The notes under the pieces were generated by a model. The model saw only the letters and a list, made by a program, of their open reading frames with translations. It ran no database searches and was not told the origin of the DNA. From NCBI RefSeq assembly GCF_000299365.1, contig NC_018655.1:210001-242000 (forward strand): a stretch of 32,000 nt of DNA, read 5' to 3'. Every line of letters begins with the position of its first letter. The stretch's first letter is position 1. Positions 27,341 to 32,000 of this stretch are shown in pieces. The position numbers were made by a program, and so were the translations under genes. The stretch is from Candidatus Nitrosopumilus koreensis AR1. Its GTDB lineage: Archaea; Thermoproteota; Nitrososphaeria; Nitrososphaerales; Nitrosopumilaceae.

Positions 27341-28102
27341 TTATTCTTTTAACATAGGTTCAAAATCAATGTCAAAATTCATTTTCATAAGCTTCATGTA
27401 TGTCTGAATTGATTCAGGGATCTCATCTCCACAAGCAACTCCCAACTTTTTTGCATTAATCCATATCACCAATGTCTGAATGATTGTAAGAAATCTATCA
27501 TTTTTGATTTCTGGTGATCCTATTGCTTTTGTGTATCTTTCGGCAAACTCCCATGCCGTAACAAAATCTACGCACTTTACACCAAATATTGCTAGTAATT
27601 GTTCTTGCATACTTTTGGATTTTTTGAATGGAACTTTGTTGATAATATATGGAAAATCTACCTTGTCTGGAATGCAATCTGGAAGAGGTCCCCAAATTGT
27701 AATTATTTTTGTTTCTGGTTTTAGTTTTTCAAATTTTTCTAACATTTGATTTGTAATGTTTTCATCTGTGAACCAAAATAGGATCACTGATGCATCAGAT
27801 ATTTCTGACTCTAAAATATCTTGACATATCAATTCAGCCTGAATTTGTTTTACTTTGAGATTTTTTTTGGCATTTTCAATCTTTTTGCAATTGTTGTCTA
27901 TCCCTACTGCTTTTTTTACTTGAAATTCCTTTTTTGCAATTTCTATTCCTTTTTCACTTCCACACCCTAAATGGTAAAAAACATCGTCTTTTTTTAGATC
28001 AACAATCTTGAAAATCTCTTTCAGAGATTTTTCTGGTAACTCTACGTCCTCTCCACTAAGTAAATTCTCAGGTAGAGTCTCTAAATATTCATCAATTTTC
28101 AA
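27341..28102 (-). CDS. Class I SAM-dependent methyltransferase-like protein with an extra C-terminal region
   Basis: DDVFYHLGCGSEKGIEIAKKEFQVKKAVGIDNNCKKIENAKKNL, consistent with Rossmann motifs I and II. Confidence 0.7.
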   Translation of the reverse strand: MKIDEYLETLPENLLSGEDVELPEKSLKEIFKIVDLKKDDVFYHLGCGSEKGIEIAKKEFQVKKAVGIDNNCKKIENAKKNLKVKQIQAELICQDILESEISDASVILFWFTDENITNQMLEKFEKLKPETKIITIWGPLPDCIPDKVDFPYIINKVPFKKSKSMQEQLLAIFGVKCVDFVTAWEFAERYTKAIGSPEIKNDRFLTIIQTLVIWINAKKLGVACGDEIPESIQTYMKLMKMNFDIDFEPMLKE

Positions 28103-28127
28103 TGATACTTGTTTTAAAAACGAGAAT

Positions 28128-28397
28128 TTATTCCCTTATGCTTTCTAACTTGGAAACTGCTTGCCATAATTGGGTTCTGACATAAGATGGCATATTAGGA
28201 TCTTGTGTTACATCGTCAAGCAAACTAATTGTATTTGCTGCTCTTACAGATAATGAATATTCTTCATTATTCAAATCAGCAATCAAGTCTGTAATGGATT
28301 TTTTTATTGTCTTTGGAGTTGAGCTACTGGATGTGATCTGATTTAATGTCTCAATTGCCTCTTTCATTGATTCTTTATTTTGTTTATCGTCAGCCAT
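28128..28397 (-). CDS. UPF0147 family protein
   Basis: SLSVRAANTISLLDDVTQDPNMPSYVRTQLWQAVSKLESI resembles UPF0147. Confidence 0.8.
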   Translation of the reverse strand: MADDKQNKESMKEAIETLNQITSSSSTPKTIKKSITDLIADLNNEEYSLSVRAANTISLLDDVTQDPNMPSYVRTQLWQAVSKLESIRE

Positions 28398-28432
28398 TTT
28401 TACACCTTTTCTTAAAAATTAGAAGTATATAG

Positions 28433-28741
28433 TTACATCTCTACAAACACGTTATCTGATTCTACAACAACGCTGTATGATGTCAAATCTCTAATTTTTG
28501 CTGGGAATTTTACTAATTTTCCTGTCTTGCAATCAAATTCTGCTGCATGCCATCCACATGTGATGACACATCCATCTAATTTTCCTTCTGAAAGACTTGC
28601 ACCGGAATGAGTGCATGAATCATCTGTTGCACAGTATTCACCATCTATATTTGCAACTAGTATGTCTCTTCCATCAATTGATACTTTGATCATTTTTCCA
28701 GGAGGAATATCTGCTGTTTTTCCTGCAATAATTTTTCCCAT
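28433..28741 (-). CDS. Rieske-type [2Fe-2S] ferredoxin
   Basis: CTHSGASLSEG...CVITCGWHAAEFDCKTGK: CxH and CxxH ligand motifs. Confidence 0.9.
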   Translation of the reverse strand: MGKIIAGKTADIPPGKMIKVSIDGRDILVANIDGEYCATDDSCTHSGASLSEGKLDGCVITCGWHAAEFDCKTGKLVKFPAKIRDLTSYSVVVESDNVFVEM

Positions 28742-28782
28742 TGAAGTTTTTATCTGATAATGCTTAATATTTTTTCGTATAC

Positions 28783-29559
28783 ATGATTAGAAATGCAAAA
28801 CTTTCAGACAAACTTCAAGTTTTAAAATTTTGTCAAAATACATTCTCATGGGGTGATTATGTTGAACATGTTTGGGATTTTTGGATAACTGAAGATCTGT
28901 TGTTTGTTTATGAGAAACAGACGCCTGTTGGTATTTGTCATGCATTTTTCTCAAAAAATCAAATTTGGATAGAAGGCATTAGAGTAGATCCAAATTTCCG
29001 AAAGCAAAAAATTGCATCTGATTTAATAAAACATGTAGAATCGTTAGGAAAAAAAGATAGTGCATTATTTTCGTTCATGCTAGTTGATACTGAAAATTCA
29101 ATTTCACTTTCTATGGCAAAATCATTAGAATATGGGATTTTTCAAACCTGGAATTTTTATTCTCTTGAGCCTAAAAAAAACTTACATTTCAATATTATTT
29201 TTGCAAAATCCTTAGATGAAAGTATTTGCACTCATTATGTTAAATCCTGGCGATGGCTTCCAATTGATAATACGCTACTATCTGAATTTTCTAAACAAAA
29301 TAAATTAATTCAATCAAAAATTAATGGTAAAACTTCTACTGCAATTCTTTCTGATTCTGAGCATTTTGATAATACTCTTATTGTTACATTATTTTCAGGA
29401 TCTGATAAAAGTACATCACAAATACTATTATTTCTGCAAAACCATGCCATACAAAATAACTATACTCGCATTCAAATTTTAACTAAAGAGAATTTATCAA
29501 ATTTAGATCTTTTGGAACATAAACTATCGTTTCATTTATTGAGAAAACATCTAAGTTGA
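28783..29559 (+). CDS. GNAT-family acetyltransferase with a C-terminal extension
   Basis: WIEGIRVDPNFRKQKIASDLIKHVESLG is GNAT motif A; the C-terminal ~100 aa are not assigned. Confidence 0.72.
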   Translation: MIRNAKLSDKLQVLKFCQNTFSWGDYVEHVWDFWITEDLLFVYEKQTPVGICHAFFSKNQIWIEGIRVDPNFRKQKIASDLIKHVESLGKKDSALFSFMLVDTENSISLSMAKSLEYGIFQTWNFYSLEPKKNLHFNIIFAKSLDESICTHYVKSWRWLPIDNTLLSEFSKQNKLIQSKINGKTSTAILSDSEHFDNTLIVTLFSGSDKSTSQILLFLQNHAIQNNYTRIQILTKENLSNLDLLEHKLSFHLLRKHLS

Positions 29560-30423
29560 TTTTACCACTTTTATTGTATTGTTTAAAATTCCTAAACCTT
29601 CAATTTCCATCTCAACTTTATCTCCATCTTTTAAGAACACTGCATTAGGTTTGTTCAGCATAACTCCTGCAGGTGTGCCTGTAGAAATTATATCTCCTTT
29701 TTCTAATGTCATCACTTTAGAAATTTTTGAAATTATTTCTGGAATCTTGATGAACATGTTGCTTGTAGAAGAATTCTGTCTTAATTCTCCATTGATCTTC
29801 GTTGTTAATTTTAGATTCTGAGCATCTTGAATTTCATCAGCAGTTGTGATCCATGGTCCACATGGTGCAAATGAATCAAAGCTTTTTCCTCTGGTGAACT
29901 GTTTATCTTTAAACTGGACATCTCTAGCTGAAACATCATTGAATATCATGTATCCAAAAATTACATTTGATGCCTCTTCTACACTAATATTTTTACACTT
30001 TTTTCCAATTATCAAGGCTAATTCTACCTCATAATCTAACTGTGTGACAAAATCTGGACATTCGATATACGAATTATTTCCATTAAGAGCGGTTCTGGGT
30101 TTTATGACAATTGCAGGATCTTCGGGTGCTGTTAATCCTTGTTCTTTTGCATGATCAACATAGTTGAATGCCAAACAAATTATTTTATTTGGATTTGGAA
30201 TTGGTGCTAATAGTTTGAATTTGGAGATATTTTCTTCATAAGGCAAATCCTGTATTTTATTTTTAATTTCATCAAACCATCCGTCAAAAAGAAAATCTTT
30301 TACGTTATGTGGAATTGGAACTCCTGTAAGATAAGTTATTTCATCTTTTGTTGCAACTTTATCTCCTTTAACAAATCCATATGTTTCATTATTTTCATAT
30401 GACAATCGTGCTATTTTCATCAT
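29551..30423 (-). CDS. Fumarylacetoacetate hydrolase (FAH) family protein
   Basis: NPNKIICLAFNYVDHAKE, DYEVELALIIGKKCKN, YMIFNDVSARDVQFKDKQFTRGKSFDSFAPCGPWI. Confidence 0.92.
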   Translation of the reverse strand: MMKIARLSYENNETYGFVKGDKVATKDEITYLTGVPIPHNVKDFLFDGWFDEIKNKIQDLPYEENISKFKLLAPIPNPNKIICLAFNYVDHAKEQGLTAPEDPAIVIKPRTALNGNNSYIECPDFVTQLDYEVELALIIGKKCKNISVEEASNVIFGYMIFNDVSARDVQFKDKQFTRGKSFDSFAPCGPWITTADEIQDAQNLKLTTKINGELRQNSSTSNMFIKIPEIISKISKVMTLEKGDIISTGTPAGVMLNKPNAVFLKDGDKVEMEIEGLGILNNTIKVVKST

Positions 30424-30426
30424 TAA

Positions 30427-32000
30427 TCACTTGTGTGTAAAAATTGCTTGATTTTGTGAATCTTTTCTACAATATCCAAATCTAACAAATTGAATTTCTT
30501 CTCCTTCTTTTAATTGTAGGTACTGTGGTTCTGTATAAACGTCTAATTCTTCTAAACTTTCTTCATTAAACTCTTCACCGTTGAACAAAACTTTTGGAAT
30601 AATCATTTTTATTTCATGAGCTGTTTTTTGAGGAACCCATTGAATTTTTGGCATGTTAGTTGAATCTCCTTCTCCAATAAATTCTCCTTCTAACTCATTG
30701 CCTGCTTTTGTAATCTGGACATTACCTAATCCTAAAAGTCTAATTGATGTCTGTTCCTTGATTGATTCTGCATCGTCTCCAGAAATGTAAAAATCTTCAG
30801 TAATTTCGATTTTTCTTTTACCCATATCATTTATTGGATGATTGGGAATCTCAACTACTGATATTGGTAAATTTTTTATTTTAATTTTTTGGCATTTTTT
30901 ACCATAAACAATCTTATGCTGTCTGCATCTACAAATTTTCGATTAAATGCTTCAAGAGCATCAAATGGCGCAAGTGTATTTGCTTTTGTTAATCCTAAAG
31001 ACATGATGAATTTTCTAATTGCTTCAGGCTTGATCCCTCTTCGTCTAAGTGCCTCTAGGGTTGGGAGTCTAGGATCATCATACCATGAAACCTTGCCTTC
31101 TTCAATCAAAGGCTTGATTATCCTCTTTGATATGGGCATTCCTTTGAATTCTAGCCTGGAGAAAAAACCTTGTTGTGGTTTTCTCATGCCTAATGCATCT
31201 AAAATTGCATCAATTAGCTCTTTTCTTAGTTCAAACTCTTTTGAACGAAAAGCATGTGTCACTCCATCAATACTGTCTTCAATTGCTACTGCAAAATCGT
31301 AACTAGGCCAAATTCTATATTTGTCGCCCACGGTGTAATGCTTTTCATCTATGATTCGTAATAATACAGGATCTCTCATAACTGCATTATCTGCTTTCAT
31401 ATCACCACGGAACCTAACTATGGCTTCTCCGGGTTTGAATTTATTTTGCATCTTTTCCCAATTTTTATTGTTTTTTCCAATATCTTCCATGCTACATTTA
31501 CAGGCTTTTCGTTCTCTTCGATTCTTACTGATGTCTTCTCTTTTACAAGTACAAACATACGCCTTTCCAGAATTAAGTAACTCTATTCCCTTTTCATAAA
31601 ATAGTTCCATGTCGTCTGAAGTATTTTTTACCTGATCAAATTTTATTCCTAACCACTCTAATCCTACTTTGATTGCAGCATGATATTCCATTCTTTCAGC
31701 TTCTGGATTTGTATCGTCCATTCTAAGTATGAATTTTCCACCATACATCTTTGCATATTCTGAATTAATTATCGCAGCTTTTGCGTGTCCAATATGTGGA
31801 TATCCATTTGGTTCTGGAGGAAATCGTGTAACTACTTTTCCTTGTACCGCATCTCTTAATTCTGGTAGTCCTTCTCTTTCTTCAATTTTTTCTTTAGGTG
31901 CTAATGCTTCTGGAAATTTTTCTTCCATTTCTTTTTGTTGTTCTTCTGATGATAACTGATTAACTGATGCAACAATTTCCGATATCTCTGCTGAAATTTC
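30427..32000 (-). pseudogene. gltX: Glutamyl-tRNA synthetase, archaeal type, interrupted by an apparent 1-nt frameshift near 30876-30895; N-terminus outside the window
   Basis: Catalytic part 30876-32000 (FPPEPNGYPHIGHAKAA, GMPISKRIIKPLI) is open to the window edge. The C-terminal barrel lies in 30427-30825, and its frame reads KIKNLPISVVEIPNHPINDMGKRKIEI across the gap. Confidence 0.85.

Noticed and set aside
1-32000. Mobile elements, CRISPR arrays, defence or secretion systems
   Set aside because: No transposase, integrase, cas, restriction-modification or toxin signatures and no spacer-like repeats were seen. The only substantial repeat is the coding 110-bp pair.

Overview
The window is compact archaeal chromosomal DNA. 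Gene content and order look like an ammonia-oxidising thaumarchaeon related to Nitrosopumilus; this is inferred from protein families and I ran no search. It opens with a complex I operon lacking nuoE/F/G (partial nuoB, then nuoC, D, H, I, J, K, M, L, N). Housekeeping genes follow: prenyl diphosphate synthase, a CADD/TenA-like protein, pyrE, a divergent LarA-like protein, an M50 protease, a GNAT, a Trm5-like methyltransferase, rli1/ABCE1, 5S rRNA, leucyl aminopeptidase, a transketolase/RPE/transaldolase cluster, CorA, a UPF0147 protein, a Rieske ferredoxin, an FAH-family protein and glutamyl-tRNA synthetase. I see no CRISPR, prophage, transposon or defence island, and no complete new multi-gene system. 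The points most worth a second look are: (1) a tRNA-Glu(TTC) with a 15-nt T-loop intron that fits a bulge-helix-bulge motif and splices to a consensus TTCAAAT loop; (2) an in-frame fusion of the transketolase N-terminal half to ribulose-5-phosphate 3-epimerase, next to a separate transketolase C-terminal half and transaldolase; (3) a gltX gene split by a single-base frameshift in an A-rich run, with recognisable coding sequence across the gap; (4) a CADD-like protein, a possible self-sacrificing pABA synthase; (5) a 90-aa basic protein with three TGRGTG motifs; (6) a double CxxC-x17-CxxC protein built from a perfect 110-bp repeat; (7) three small genes missing from the ORF track: a 42-aa C2H2 zinc-finger microprotein, a 53-aa ribbon-helix-helix protein and a 26-aa single-TM micropeptide; (8) a candidate C/D-box sRNA.
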